A stretch of 64,000 bases of DNA from positions 27,888 through 91,887 of IMG/VR virus record IMGVR_UViG_2935124990_000001. One strand, given 5' to 3'. A program made the translations under genes and the position numbers. Source of the stretch: a virus. Lineage: Duplodnaviria > Caudoviricetes. Positions 43,576 through 52,726 of the stretch are shown piece after piece. Each line of letters begins with the position of its first letter. The stretch's first letter is position 1. The notes under the pieces are model-generated. The model was not told where the DNA came from. It did no database searches and saw only the letters and a program-made list of their open reading frames with translations.

Positions 43576-44277
43576 ATGAGAGCGATGCGTGGGGTGGGGG
43601 TCGCGGCGGTTGGTGTGGCCGCGGCTGTGGTGTTGTCAGGATGCGGCGGCGGGGGCGAGGAGGCGGCCAGCTCGAGTCCGTCGTCGACTCCGAGTTCAGT
43701 GGTGCCGACGGAGGAGGAGACCACGGAGGTGCCGGAGCCGGTCTACCCGCCGGGGCCGGAGGGGGAGATCGACGAGATTGCGGACGAGAAGGGCTGGGTT
43801 GTCGGTTCGGGTTCGGCGTCCGGGTTCGTGCGGGACATCTGCGACTCGCTGCCGGTGAGCGCGGTGGATGGGGCGTCGCGGCCGCAGTGGCTGGTCGAGT
43901 CGGGACAGATGGACGGCGACAATGGGGAGGCGCTGTTGGTGGGGGTGCCGAAGCTGTGCCCGGAGTGGGCGAAGGCCGTCAAGGAGGCGGCGTCGGGGTC
44001 GTACGAGCGGTGGTTCGGGGACGGTACGTACGTGGTGTCGTCGAAGACGTTGCCCAGGGACAGCATGGGCGAGGATGACGAGGAACTGACGATCCCGCCG
44101 GGTACGTACCGGGCGTCGGGTCGGATGGAGGACTGCTACTGGGAGCGGACGTCGAAGGGCGGGGACATCCTCGACAACCAGCTCGCGACGTCGGCCCAGA
44201 GCATCACGGTGACGATCAGGGCCTCGGACGGGCAGTTCACGTCGGAGTCGTGCGCGGTGTGGAAGCCGGTGAAATAG
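43576..44277 (+). CDS. Lipoprotein (moron-like, opposite strand)
   Basis: Lipobox LSGC; PGTYR..CYWER..IRASD..SESC..W C-terminal domain; CATCCT 7 nt before ATG. Confidence 0.8.
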   Translation: MRAMRGVGVAAVGVAAAVVLSGCGGGGEEAASSSPSSTPSSVVPTEEETTEVPEPVYPPGPEGEIDEIADEKGWVVGSGSASGFVRDICDSLPVSAVDGASRPQWLVESGQMDGDNGEALLVGVPKLCPEWAKAVKEAASGSYERWFGDGTYVVSSKTLPRDSMGEDDEELTIPPGTYRASGRMEDCYWERTSKGGDILDNQLATSAQSITVTIRASDGQFTSESCAVWKPVK

Positions 44278-44299
44278 CAGGTCTGGTCCTGGATGCGCG

Positions 44300-44335
44300 G
44301 CGGCCCCCTCCAGTCCTCGCGATGGAGGGGGCCGC
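44300..44335. terminator. Hairpin between convergent genes
   Basis: GCGGCCCCCTCCA / TGGAGGGGGCCGC. Confidence 0.6.
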
Positions 44336-44581
44336 GGTGCGCCGCCGGGCTGTGGGCCCGGACGTACCCCGACTCCACCAGCCCTCTGCTCAGTTCTGGT
44401 GGGGTCAGGCTGCCGTTGCCGGTACGCCCCCGGCGACGGGGCTGTGTGGCCGGCCGGTCTGGGAGTGGGCGCGGGGACACCGGGGCTCCCTGACCGGCCG
44501 TGCAGTACCAGCGTGACGCACAATCGGGGGTTTGTCCGGGCTGCCCTTCCCCCGGTTCTCGTCGCTCGGCACGATGACGGG

Positions 44582-45070
44582 TTAGTGCGGTAGCTGGTTT
44601 CGGGTGTTCGCGATGACGCCGCGGGTGGTGCTGGTGACGGTCCGGGTGTCGTGGTGGACGGTGCCGTGGAAGTGGTTGGTGACGGGCTGCGGGGCGTTCT
44701 GGTTGGCGTCCTTGACCTTCGCAACCAGGCGGGCCACGGCGAGGGCAGCAACGGCCGGCGAGCCGAAGATGATGCCGAGGGCCCACGGCTGGACCTGGCC
44801 GACGATCCACAGGGCGCCACCAATCGGCAGGGACGCCACGGAGACGGCCTTCAGGACCCCGCTCGCGTCGATAGCCCACTGCGACATCGGGGGCGGGCCG
44901 GGCTGCGGTACGGGTGGCGTGGGGCCGACCGTAGGGAGCGGGGTGGTGTCGCGGTACGAGGTGGCCTGGCTGGCGAGGAGCGCCTCGTCGACTGCGGCCA
45001 CGAGCTGGTCGGCGTTGCGGCGGATAGTGGGGTGGGGCTGCCCGGCGACGGGCTGCTCGGGCAGCTGCAC
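44582..45070 (-). CDS. SpdD-like plasmid spread membrane protein
   Basis: PPVPQPGPPPMSQ..2 TM..HFHGTVHHDTRTVTSTTRG; directly after TraB. Confidence 0.65.
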   Translation of the reverse strand: MQLPEQPVAGQPHPTIRRNADQLVAAVDEALLASQATSYRDTTPLPTVGPTPPVPQPGPPPMSQWAIDASGVLKAVSVASLPIGGALWIVGQVQPWALGIIFGSPAVAALAVARLVAKVKDANQNAPQPVTNHFHGTVHHDTRTVTSTTRGVIANTRNQLPH

Positions 45071-45080
45071 GGTGGCTCCT

Positions 45081-47192
45081 TCAGTCGTTGGGGTTGGCGT
45101 CAGGGAGGTAGTAGCGGGTGGCGCGGCCTTCGCGGCGGCCTTGGATGCCGTGGCGGGTCCATGTCTCCAGGGCGCGCCGGACGGTGTCCCGGGATGCGAA
45201 CGGGCCGGCGTGGGTGAGTTCGTCTTTGGTGGCGTTACCGAGGCGCTGGAATGTGCGGTAGAGGTCGGGCCATTCGTCGTTGGCGACGGGGGTGCCGTCG
45301 GGGTAGCGCAGCGGGGCGGGTACGGGGAACGGGTGGGCGTCGGTCGGCTCGGGGGCGGGTGGTGTCTCGGGGGTGTGGGTGAGGAGGTCGCGGGCTGCGC
45401 GGGCGTGGAGGTGGGAGACGTCGGCGGCGATGTCGGTGTCGCTGACGTACTCGGCCCTGCATTCGCGGGGCTTTTCGTTCTCCGGTTCGGGAGTAGCGAG
45501 GAGGAATTTGCCGGGGAGGTCGAGCTCTTCGGGGCGCCACCCCTTGGCCTGGCAGCCCTGTCCGAAGATGAGGGGGGCGTGGCCAGCTTCGCCGGTTCGG
45601 GTGGAGAGGCGGTTGGCGTAGTTGCCGCGGGCGTCGGTGGAGCCTCCGAAGACTTTGCGGGAGGGCTGTTGGGTTGCGGAGACGTAGGAGATGGCGAGGA
45701 AGCGGTCGATGGCGAGGCGGGACTCGTACTGGGTGGCGACGGGCTGGCGGGCGATGAGGTCGTCGATGTCCATCGCGTCGAGGTCTTCGGCGCTGATGCC
45801 CTTCATCATGATCTTGCGTTCTTCGGCTTCACGTTTGCGGAGGACTTCGTCTTGGCGGATGAGTTCGGCGAGTTCGTCGGTGATGACGACGATGGCGTTG
45901 CCGTGGACGCCCGGCACCCACTTGCGGACGGGGTCGCGGCCGGCGGCGAGCTCCCTGGCGGACAGGTCGGCCAGTATCTTCCCGCGGCGCTGCGACTCCT
46001 CGCCGAGCCAGTCGAGGAGTTCGCGGGCTTCTTCGGGGCCCTTGGCGACCTTCTTCATGAGGGGTTCCCAGGGGCCGAGTTCGACGCTTCCGGGCTTCAT
46101 GTCGATGCCGTAGATGTCGACGTCGGCTCGGCGGGTGAGGCGTTTGATGATGAGGTTGATGAGGCCGGACTTGCCCCAGTCGGAGGCGCCGGCGACGAGG
46201 GTGTGGCGGTAGAGGATGCGGATGTCGACGCTGTCGCCGTACTCGTCGATGCCGAGGCGGAGGGGGTCGGCGATGGAGGTGGCGCTGTCGTCGCTGTAGG
46301 GGATGGTTCCGGCGAGGACGTCGGTGGCGATGAGGCGGACGAGGAGTTCGTCGGAGCCGGTCTTGTTGAGCTGTAGGTCGCCGGGGAGTGCGAGGTTTGC
46401 GGCGAGCTGGTCGCGCTTCTTGATGAGGGCGTCGGGGCTGGTGTTGCGGCCGGCGGGCATGCGGACGCGTGCGATGAATCCGCCGTCGGGGGTGTGGTGG
46501 AAGGCGGTGATCTCGCGGGGGGTGTGGTTGGTGAGGGCGTGCAGGGCGCGGCGCAGGGCGGTCTCTTCGGGGGTGTATCCGACGAGGCCGGGGTCTGCGG
46601 TTTCCATGCCGAGTGCTGCGGTGACGGGGCCCTTGGCTCTGACGGTGTCGATGTGGAGCTTGAGCCGCTGGTTGCGTTGTTGGGTGAGCCAGGGGCCGAA
46701 GGCCCAGTAGCCGATGCCGGTGGAGATGGCCCAGGCGGTGAGGGTGGGCCAGGACAGGCCGGCTGCGGAGGCGGTGGTGAGGTCGGCGAAGGTGACGGTG
46801 GCGCCAGCTCCGGCGTGGGTGATGATGTCGTTTTTGTGCTTGAGGCCGAGGAAGGCGCTGGCGCCTCCTGCGGCGGTGAGGGCACCGTAGGAGAGGGTCG
46901 CGGTGAGACTGTCCTGGGCGAGGCCGAGGATGGTGAGGCTGGTGGTGGCGGTGACGGGGATGAGTTCGTAGCGGCGGCGTGCGATCCACCGCCCGGACCG
47001 GACGAGCCAATCGGCGCAGTTAGGCCACAGTTTCCGTGACGATGATGGCGACGTTGACGACGACGACGGCACGTAGATTGTTGCTGACCTGCGGTTTTGC
47101 AGTTCGTTCACGGTGGGGGTGGCGATCGTCGTCATCGTCGTCATGTCGTGCTGAGCGGGCAAGGTACGGGCCGACTCGAGGTCGAAACTCAT
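45081..47192 (-). CDS. traB: TraB-like FtsK/SpoIIIE DNA translocase
   Basis: N-terminal TMs, GASDWGKS Walker A, IDMKPG, VITDELAEL, ATQQPS, C-terminal wHTH; start uncertain. Confidence 0.85.
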   Translation of the reverse strand: MSFDLESARTLPAQHDMTTMTTIATPTVNELQNRRSATIYVPSSSSTSPSSSRKLWPNCADWLVRSGRWIARRRYELIPVTATTSLTILGLAQDSLTATLSYGALTAAGGASAFLGLKHKNDIITHAGAGATVTFADLTTASAAGLSWPTLTAWAISTGIGYWAFGPWLTQQRNQRLKLHIDTVRAKGPVTAALGMETADPGLVGYTPEETALRRALHALTNHTPREITAFHHTPDGGFIARVRMPAGRNTSPDALIKKRDQLAANLALPGDLQLNKTGSDELLVRLIATDVLAGTIPYSDDSATSIADPLRLGIDEYGDSVDIRILYRHTLVAGASDWGKSGLINLIIKRLTRRADVDIYGIDMKPGSVELGPWEPLMKKVAKGPEEARELLDWLGEESQRRGKILADLSARELAAGRDPVRKWVPGVHGNAIVVITDELAELIRQDEVLRKREAEERKIMMKGISAEDLDAMDIDDLIARQPVATQYESRLAIDRFLAISYVSATQQPSRKVFGGSTDARGNYANRLSTRTGEAGHAPLIFGQGCQAKGWRPEELDLPGKFLLATPEPENEKPRECRAEYVSDTDIAADVSHLHARAARDLLTHTPETPPAPEPTDAHPFPVPAPLRYPDGTPVANDEWPDLYRTFQRLGNATKDELTHAGPFASRDTVRRALETWTRHGIQGRREGRATRYYLPDANPND

Positions 47193-47196
47193 CGGT

Positions 47197-47538
47197 TCAG
47201 GCCGCCTTCGGGGTGGTGTGGGCGAGCTTGGTGGTGCCTACGGTGTGGAGGTGAGCGAGGCCGAGGATGGCGTGATCGAGGGCGTGCCGGAGTCCGGTGA
47301 GGGTGATGCGGAGGGCTTCGGCGGTGATGAGGGTGATAGCGAAGAGGGTGCGGGCGGGAGGCAGGTGCACGGCCTTGGCCAGGCCCAGGACGATGCCGGT
47401 GTAGGTGGTTGCCCAGGCGAGGAGCGGGCCGGGGCTGATGGTGGTGGGAAGCCAGGCGACGGCCAGGGAGGCCGCCAGGATGGCGACGGCGGCGATCACG
47501 GCGAGGGTGTATCGGTCGCTGGTCTGTTGCTTGTTCAT
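47197..47538 (-). CDS. Spd-like membrane protein
   Basis: Three hydrophobic segments; AGGAGG RBS. Confidence 0.65.
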   Translation of the reverse strand: MNKQQTSDRYTLAVIAAVAILAASLAVAWLPTTISPGPLLAWATTYTGIVLGLAKAVHLPPARTLFAITLITAEALRITLTGLRHALDHAILGLAHLHTVGTTKLAHTTPKAA

Positions 47539-47654
47539 GGCGATCCTCCTTCTGGTGGGGCTGGCGTCGAGTTAGGGGTTGCTGCCGGTGACTTTGGTGT
47601 GGATGTCCTTGTAGAGGGCGCGGATGCCGTGGGTCTTGAGCCAGCAGTGGCGGT

Positions 47655-48836
47655 TCACAGGTACATCCCCGTGCCTTCGCTGATCCGGTCGCGGGCGTCC
47701 TTGAGTCGCCGTCCGGCGGTGGCGGGACTCACGCCGAGGAGTTGAGCCGCGGTGGACTTGGTGAGCCGGTCGCCCTGGGTGAGCCGGTGAGCCAGGGCGG
47801 CGATCTGCTTCTCCTTCTCGTCTGAGCCGCCATCCGTCTCACCCGGCTCACCGGTATCGGTCTGAGCCGTCTCAGCGGTGATGGGGGTGGGCTTGGTGAT
47901 GATGGGCTCAGCCGGGATCAAGACGGGCTCACGTGAGACGTGCTGGTCAGCGGGCTGGGTGATGGCGGCCGGGTCGGTGAGGGTGCGGGGTGTCGGCTCG
48001 GGGTGGGGGTCGGTGGCCGGGCTCAGGCTCACGGTGCTGCCGACGAGCTCACGGGGCGGCTCAGTGGTCGGCTCGCCGGGCTCAAGGGGGCGGCTCACGG
48101 GGCGGTTGGGGGTGAGCCGGGTGGTGCCGGTGAGCATGGAGATGAGAGCCGCGTCGGCTCCTTCGGTGAGCCGCTCGCGCTGGACGCCGATGAGCCCTGA
48201 GCCGAGCTGGGCGTCGCCGTCTCCGATGCGGCTCATGAGCTTCCATGCGGCGAGAGCCGACTTGTCGCGGACCTTCTTGTCGGGGTGGCGTTCGGCTCGG
48301 GCGGTGAGGACAGCGACCTTGCGCATGATGTCGGCGTTGCGGCGTTGGGCTTCGACGTCGATGCCGCTGGTGTGTACGACGATGCGGCGGGCGAGGAAGC
48401 TGATGCCTTCTGCGGAGGCGGTCATGGCGAGGGGGGTGAGGCCGTAGACGACGGCTTCTTTGAGGTCGGAGGCGATGACGATGCCCATGGTGGAGGCGGC
48501 GGCGGGGAGGGCCCAGAGGGCGGCTCGGATGATGGTGGGTGCGGCTTGGCCGAGCATGGTGACGCCGATCATGACGATGGCGGCGACGAGGGTGGCGCCT
48601 TCGCCGGCGGCGACGACGCCGAGGGCGGTTTCGGAGCGGTGGAGTTCGGCGGTGGCGTTGGCGTAGGTGCCGATGGCGCCGCCGATGCCGACGGCGATCA
48701 TGGGGATGGTGGCGAGGGTGAGGACCCACCCCTGGCCTCGGGTGAGTTTGTGGGTGCGGGTGGGCTGGTCCCCGGCGGTGGGCAGGGTCCGGCCGTGGGG
48801 GCTGGTGGGCGGCTGCGGGGCCGGGGTGGTGGTCAC
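47655..48836 (-). CDS. SpdB2/SpdA-like protein: four TM, Pro/Thr linker, C-terminal HTH
   Basis: From VTTTPAPQ; TKSTAAQLLGVSPATAGRRL HTH. Confidence 0.72.
   Translation of the reverse strand: MTTTPAPQPPTSPHGRTLPTAGDQPTRTHKLTRGQGWVLTLATIPMIAVGIGGAIGTYANATAELHRSETALGVVAAGEGATLVAAIVMIGVTMLGQAAPTIIRAALWALPAAASTMGIVIASDLKEAVVYGLTPLAMTASAEGISFLARRIVVHTSGIDVEAQRRNADIMRKVAVLTARAERHPDKKVRDKSALAAWKLMSRIGDGDAQLGSGLIGVQRERLTEGADAALISMLTGTTRLTPNRPVSRPLEPGEPTTEPPRELVGSTVSLSPATDPHPEPTPRTLTDPAAITQPADQHVSREPVLIPAEPIITKPTPITAETAQTDTGEPGETDGGSDEKEKQIAALAHRLTQGDRLTKSTAAQLLGVSPATAGRRLKDARDRISEGTGMYL
47743..48236. repeat. Dense cluster of TGAGCC/GGCTCA hexamers within the coding sequence
   Basis: About 19 exact copies by manual count, in both orientations, over ~500 bp. 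Confidence 0.8.
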
Positions 48837-48874
48837 GGCGGTTCGGTGTCCTCTCGGGTTCGGGTGGGGGTGGG

Positions 48875-49156
48875 TTAGGCGGGCTTGGGGAGGGCGCGGC
48901 AGGTCTCGGCGTGGGTCTGCGCCCAGGCGCAGGCGGCGCTGTCGGCCCCGGCGCTGCCGTTGTCCCAGCGGTCGGCGTATGCCGACCATCCGCTGTTGGT
49001 GTAGGCGGGGCAGCCGTTGCACTGGGCGTGGGAGATGTTCGGCTGGGTGTCGCTGGCGTAGCGGGTGTCGTGCGTGATGTCGACGGTGGCGCCGCCGACG
49101 GTGAGGTAGCGGGCGACGGTGTTCTCGGGCCAGGCGGTCTGGGGCTGCGTGGTCAT
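48875..49156 (-). CDS. Hypothetical protein
   Basis: GAAAGGA RBS; ARYLTVGGATV..CNGC..WAQTHAETCRALP. Confidence 0.7.
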   Translation of the reverse strand: MTTQPQTAWPENTVARYLTVGGATVDITHDTRYASDTQPNISHAQCNGCPAYTNSGWSAYADRWDNGSAGADSAACAWAQTHAETCRALPKPA

Positions 49157-49186
49157 GGGGCGTCCTTTCGGGTTGGTGGGTGCGGG

Positions 49187-49453
49187 TCAGGCGGTCTTGG
49201 TGCGGCGGGTGGGGAGCCAGAGGCGGCGTTTCGGCTCGGGCTCGGCGGTGGCCGGTACGGGGTCGACCTTCGGTGGGGCGGCCTGGGCGAGCGCGGTGAA
49301 CGCCTGGGAGATCACGGCGTGCGCGGCGGCCCGGTCGTGGTGGCTGCGGTAGATGTCATCGGAGATGAGGCGGTCGGCTTCCTGCGCGTGCTCGACAGCC
49401 TTGGCGAGAGCCTCGGAGCTGGTGATGGCAGCGGTCACGGTCTGCGTGGTCAC
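49187..49453 (-). CDS. Hypothetical protein
   Basis: GAGG RBS before VTTQTV. Confidence 0.6.
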   Translation of the reverse strand: MTTQTVTAAITSSEALAKAVEHAQEADRLISDDIYRSHHDRAAAHAVISQAFTALAQAAPPKVDPVPATAEPEPKRRLWLPTRRTKTA

Positions 49454-49484
49454 GGCGGTGTCCTCTCGGGTGCAGGCGGTCGGG

Positions 49485-49643
49485 TCAGGCGGCGGGGGCG
49501 AGGAGCTGGCGGAGCCGGTCGGCGGCGGCCTTGATGTCGTCGGGGAGTGCGTCGCAGGCGGCGAGGTTCTACTGGGTTTCGATCTCGGCGGTGGTCCAGG
49601 TGGTGGGGTCGCCATGGGTCTGGCGGAACTCGGTGCCGGTCAT
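49485..49643 (-). pseudogene. Small gene interrupted by in-frame TAG
   Basis: MTGTEFRQTHGDPTTWTTAEIETQ*NLAACDALPDDIKAAADRLRQLLAPAA; TAG at 49569-49571; GAAAGG RBS. Confidence 0.5.
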
Positions 49644-49749
49644 CGGGGTGCCTTTCTCGTCGTTGAGTGGCGGTGTGCAGGGCCGGGGTGGTCCGGGCTG
49701 CCATGCCGTCACCAACCGGTGGGGGTTGGTGGCGACAGGGCGGGCCGGG

Positions 49750-49962
49750 TCAGAGCTGGTTGGGGGTGAGGGAGAAGAAGACGATGGCGATGTCCGTGCC
49801 GTGCTTGTCGGCGAGGTGGTTGAGGACGGTGTTGTAGATGTCGGCGTGGGTGTCGTGGCCGGGGGTGACGGTGATGGTTCCGTCGCTGGTCCTGGCGTCG
49901 CCCCGGGTGCGGACGGTGGCGATCCAGTGGTAGGTGATGTCGGTGATGGTGGGGGTGGCCAC
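49750..49962 (-). CDS. Small hypothetical protein
   Basis: GAAAGGA RBS; ends VFFSLTPNQL. Confidence 0.65.
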   Translation of the reverse strand: MATPTITDITYHWIATVRTRGDARTSDGTITVTPGHDTHADIYNTVLNHLADKHGTDIAIVFFSLTPNQL

Positions 49963-50032
49963 GAGGGTCCTTTCAGGTGCCGGTGATGGCGGCGGAGGGG
50001 CCCGGCCAGGGGGCGGCCGGGCCGAGGGTTGG

Positions 50033-50212
50033 CTACTTCGGGTCGGCGAGCGGGGTGCTCTGGTTGGCCTGGTACAGCTCGGTGAGCTCGGAGCCGTCGG
50101 TGGTGCGGGTGTTGAACCGGGCGGTGACCTCGTTGACGATGCGGCTGGTCGTTTCGGTGTCTCCGGCCTTGCGGGCTGCGATGTAGTCGCTGGTGCTCTG
50201 GTACTTCGGCAT
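50033..50212 (-). CDS. Small hypothetical protein (59 aa)
   Basis: Own translation MPKYQSTSDYIAARKAGD...; AAGGAG RBS. Confidence 0.65.
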   Translation of the reverse strand: MPKYQSTSDYIAARKAGDTETTSRIVNEVTARFNTRTTDGSELTELYQANQSTPLADPK

Positions 50213-50227
50213 GGGTTCTCCTTGGTG

Positions 50228-50635
50228 TCAGGTGCCGGTGATGGTGGCGGAGGCTTCGCTGGCGGGCTGGTGGAGGTCGGGGTCGTTGAGGTGGAACGCG
50301 GCCTGTTCACCGTGCCGCTGGGCCTCCTTCTGGGCGTCGAGGGGGAGCCCTCGGAGCGCCGGGTTCAGGTCGGCGTTGGCGAGCCGTGCGACGAGGTGGC
50401 CGATCGCGGTGATGACGTCGGCGCCGGCGGATCCGGCGAGGGTCGCGAGGAGGGTCTGGGTGGTGTCCGCCGTGTGCCGGTCGAGGGCGAGGTGGCGGAT
50501 GCCGTCGCGGATGAGGTCGATGCCGGGGTGGATGCCGGCGAGGTCGTCGAGGGCCCCGGCAAGGTCGGCGTCGAGCGGGGGGACGGCGTTCCCGGCGGTG
50601 TGGACCGGGCCGTAGGGGTCGCGGGCGGGCATCAC
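50228..50635 (-). CDS. Hypothetical protein
   Basis: Coupled to upstream gene; ends SATITGT. Confidence 0.65.
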   Translation of the reverse strand: MMPARDPYGPVHTAGNAVPPLDADLAGALDDLAGIHPGIDLIRDGIRHLALDRHTADTTQTLLATLAGSAGADVITAIGHLVARLANADLNPALRGLPLDAQKEAQRHGEQAAFHLNDPDLHQPASEASATITGT

Positions 50636-51042
50636 AGCTCCCCGTCCCACTCGCCGGTGACCATCTGCTCGTAGGCGGCGGCCGCGACCTCGGGGTCGTC
50701 GCAGGCGAACACGTCGGGGAGGTACGACTGCGGGTCGACGGCGGCGAAGTGGTCTTCGAGGTCGGCGATGAGGAGCGGGTCGACCTCGGGGGTGGGGGTG
50801 CGGCCGGCCTGGTAGTCGGCGGGCATGGTCAGCGCGTACTCGGTGACGGCGCTGATCGCGAGGGTGGTCTCCTCGGTGGACCGGGCGGAGAGGAGCGCTT
50901 CGCCGATGAGGGTGCCGTCGGCGGTGCGGACCTGGATGCGGGCCGCGGGTACCTGGCCCGGGTTGCCGATCGTGTCGGCGCCGTTGAGCCGGTACAGCTC
51001 GTCGAGGAAGTCCTGCGCCCGGGCGTGGTCGTCGGTGCTCAT
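50632..51042 (-). CDS. Hypothetical protein
   Basis: ATGA overlap; acidic. Confidence 0.65.
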   Translation of the reverse strand: MSTDDHARAQDFLDELYRLNGADTIGNPGQVPAARIQVRTADGTLIGEALLSARSTEETTLAISAVTEYALTMPADYQAGRTPTPEVDPLLIADLEDHFAAVDPQSYLPDVFACDDPEVAAAAYEQMVTGEWDGEL

Positions 51043-51524
51043 GCGGCCACCGCCAGGGGCTGGGGGGAAAGCAGGGCGGTGATGCGGCCCAGGAGGGCCG
51101 TGGTCGTCAGGGGGGTGGTGCCGTCGGTGAGGAGGGCGTGGGCGCGGTCGGCGTCGGTGGTGGCCTCGTCCCAGGCGTAGTCCGCGAGGTCGTGGGCGTC
51201 GCGGATGTTCCGCTCGCTGGTGTCGCGGGTGTGGTAGCCGCTGTTCTTGTTCTCGTGCCAGGTGTGGGCGGCGGCACGGTGGTGCTGGGCGGTCTGGTGG
51301 GTGAGGCGGGCGCTCATGAGGAGGGTGTGGTGGAGGGTGTGGGGGGTGTAGGTGCGGTTGGCCATGGTGGGCTGGTTGAGGCGGCGGGCGAGGTCGGTGA
51401 GGAACTCGCTCGACGGCATCGGCTTGGTGGGGGCGGGGCGGCCCTGGACGCGGCGGAGGGCCTCGTCCATGTCGTTGCTGGTGGTGGCTGCGGTCTGTCC
51501 GGTGATGCGGCTACGCTGATCCAC
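51039..51524 (-). CDS. Hypothetical protein, first gene of transfer operon
   Basis: AGGAGGAG RBS. Confidence 0.6.
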   Translation of the reverse strand: MDQRSRITGQTAATTSNDMDEALRRVQGRPAPTKPMPSSEFLTDLARRLNQPTMANRTYTPHTLHHTLLMSARLTHQTAQHHRAAAHTWHENKNSGYHTRDTSERNIRDAHDLADYAWDEATTDADRAHALLTDGTTPLTTTALLGRITALLSPQPLAVAA

Positions 51525-51657
51525 GCGGATCTCCTCCTGGATGTGCAGGTGGGACGGTTCGCCGGGCTACTTCGGTGGCCCCCTCTGGACCCAGGTGGTG
51601 ACACACCTGGGTCCTTTGGCGTTTCTGGGCCTCCGCCGTTCCCGACAACTCCAATAT

Positions 51658-51715
51658 AGACTAGTCTCGGACCAACACAAGACTAGTATCGAAAAATGTC
51701 ACCTTGGACTAGACT
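51658..51715. promoter_or_regulatory. Three GACTAG(T/A) boxes in the divergent promoter region; likely GntR operators
   Basis: AGACTAGTCT 51658, AGACTAGTAT 51680, GGACTAGACT 51706; related ACTAGT at 52673. Confidence 0.65.
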
Positions 51716-51776
51716 CCGAAGGAGATGACTACTCACAACGAGGTGAGTAGCGGATGACGAATGAGAGGAGGCAGAC

Positions 51777-52523
51777 ATGCCGAAGAAGCCCGGGTCCGCT
51801 GAGATCGCTGCGGAGCTGCGCCGTCAGATGAAGGACGGGACACTGCGGCCCGGCGACGAGGTACCGAGCTACAACCAGATCAAGGGCCAGTACCAGGTAG
51901 CCCACGCCACAGCGGCTCGCGCATACCGGATGCTCAAGATGGAAGGGCTCATCCTTTCCAGGCCGGGCGCCAAGATGATCGTGGCGTCGCCGGCCAGCAC
52001 CGGCATCGGCGCACGGGTGGCCCTGCACGCGAGCACCGGAAGCGCCCTCGGGGACGGCGAGTCCTCGCGCATCCTCGAAGTGGGAACTGTCGGCGCGGAC
52101 GCCCTCGTCGCCACCCGGCTGGAGGTACCGCCAGGGACTCCCGTACAGGTGCGCCGGCGAGTCGTGAGCCGGGGCAACGTGCCCGTGCACCTGAGCAGCA
52201 GCTACTACCCGGCGTACGTCATCGCGGTGACTCCCGAGTTGCAGGAGCCGGTGTCGACCGGGGCCTCACGGGAGCTTGCGGCGGAGCGGCTGGGATCAGC
52301 TCAGGACGAGGTGCTGGAAGAGGTCACCAGCCGGCTCGCCACGGCGGCCGAGAAGGAGACGCTCGGGCTGACCGCCGACACCGTCGTGGTCACCCAGGTC
52401 GTCCGTACGGTCACACTGGCGGACGGCCGCGTCGTCGAGGTGGCGGTGAAGGTCGCGGAGGGATCGACGATCCTCCGCTGGACCACGCAACTGCGCCCAC
52501 AGGAAGGGGCTGATGACGCCTGA
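51777..52523 (+). CDS. GntR/HutC-family repressor with UTRA domain (KorSA/TraR-like)
   Basis: IAAELRRQMKDGTLRPGDEVPS..ATAARAYRMLKMEGLI; divergent from tra/spd genes. Confidence 0.88.
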   Translation: MPKKPGSAEIAAELRRQMKDGTLRPGDEVPSYNQIKGQYQVAHATAARAYRMLKMEGLILSRPGAKMIVASPASTGIGARVALHASTGSALGDGESSRILEVGTVGADALVATRLEVPPGTPVQVRRRVVSRGNVPVHLSSSYYPAYVIAVTPELQEPVSTGASRELAAERLGSAQDEVLEEVTSRLATAAEKETLGLTADTVVVTQVVRTVTLADGRVVEVAVKVAEGSTILRWTTQLRPQEGADDA

Positions 52524-52726
52524 CCCTGAGCGCCCGAGTTTCCAGCTCGGACGCACGAACGGCCGACCGGTGTCCAGACCGGCCGACCGCTCTATGCACT
52601 ACCGGCCTGCGAGCCGGCAGCACGTGACGCACCCACCCCTCATCACAAAAGGAAGGCCGTCGCCTTGAGACTACTAGTGAGACTCACCAGCGCGCAGCGT
52701 GGCCCCGCGAAGATCGCGACCCCCTG

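Noticed and set aside
44336-44581. Classical 8-bp TraB clt repeats downstream of traB/spdD
   Set aside because: I could not find a convincing series of direct 8-mers
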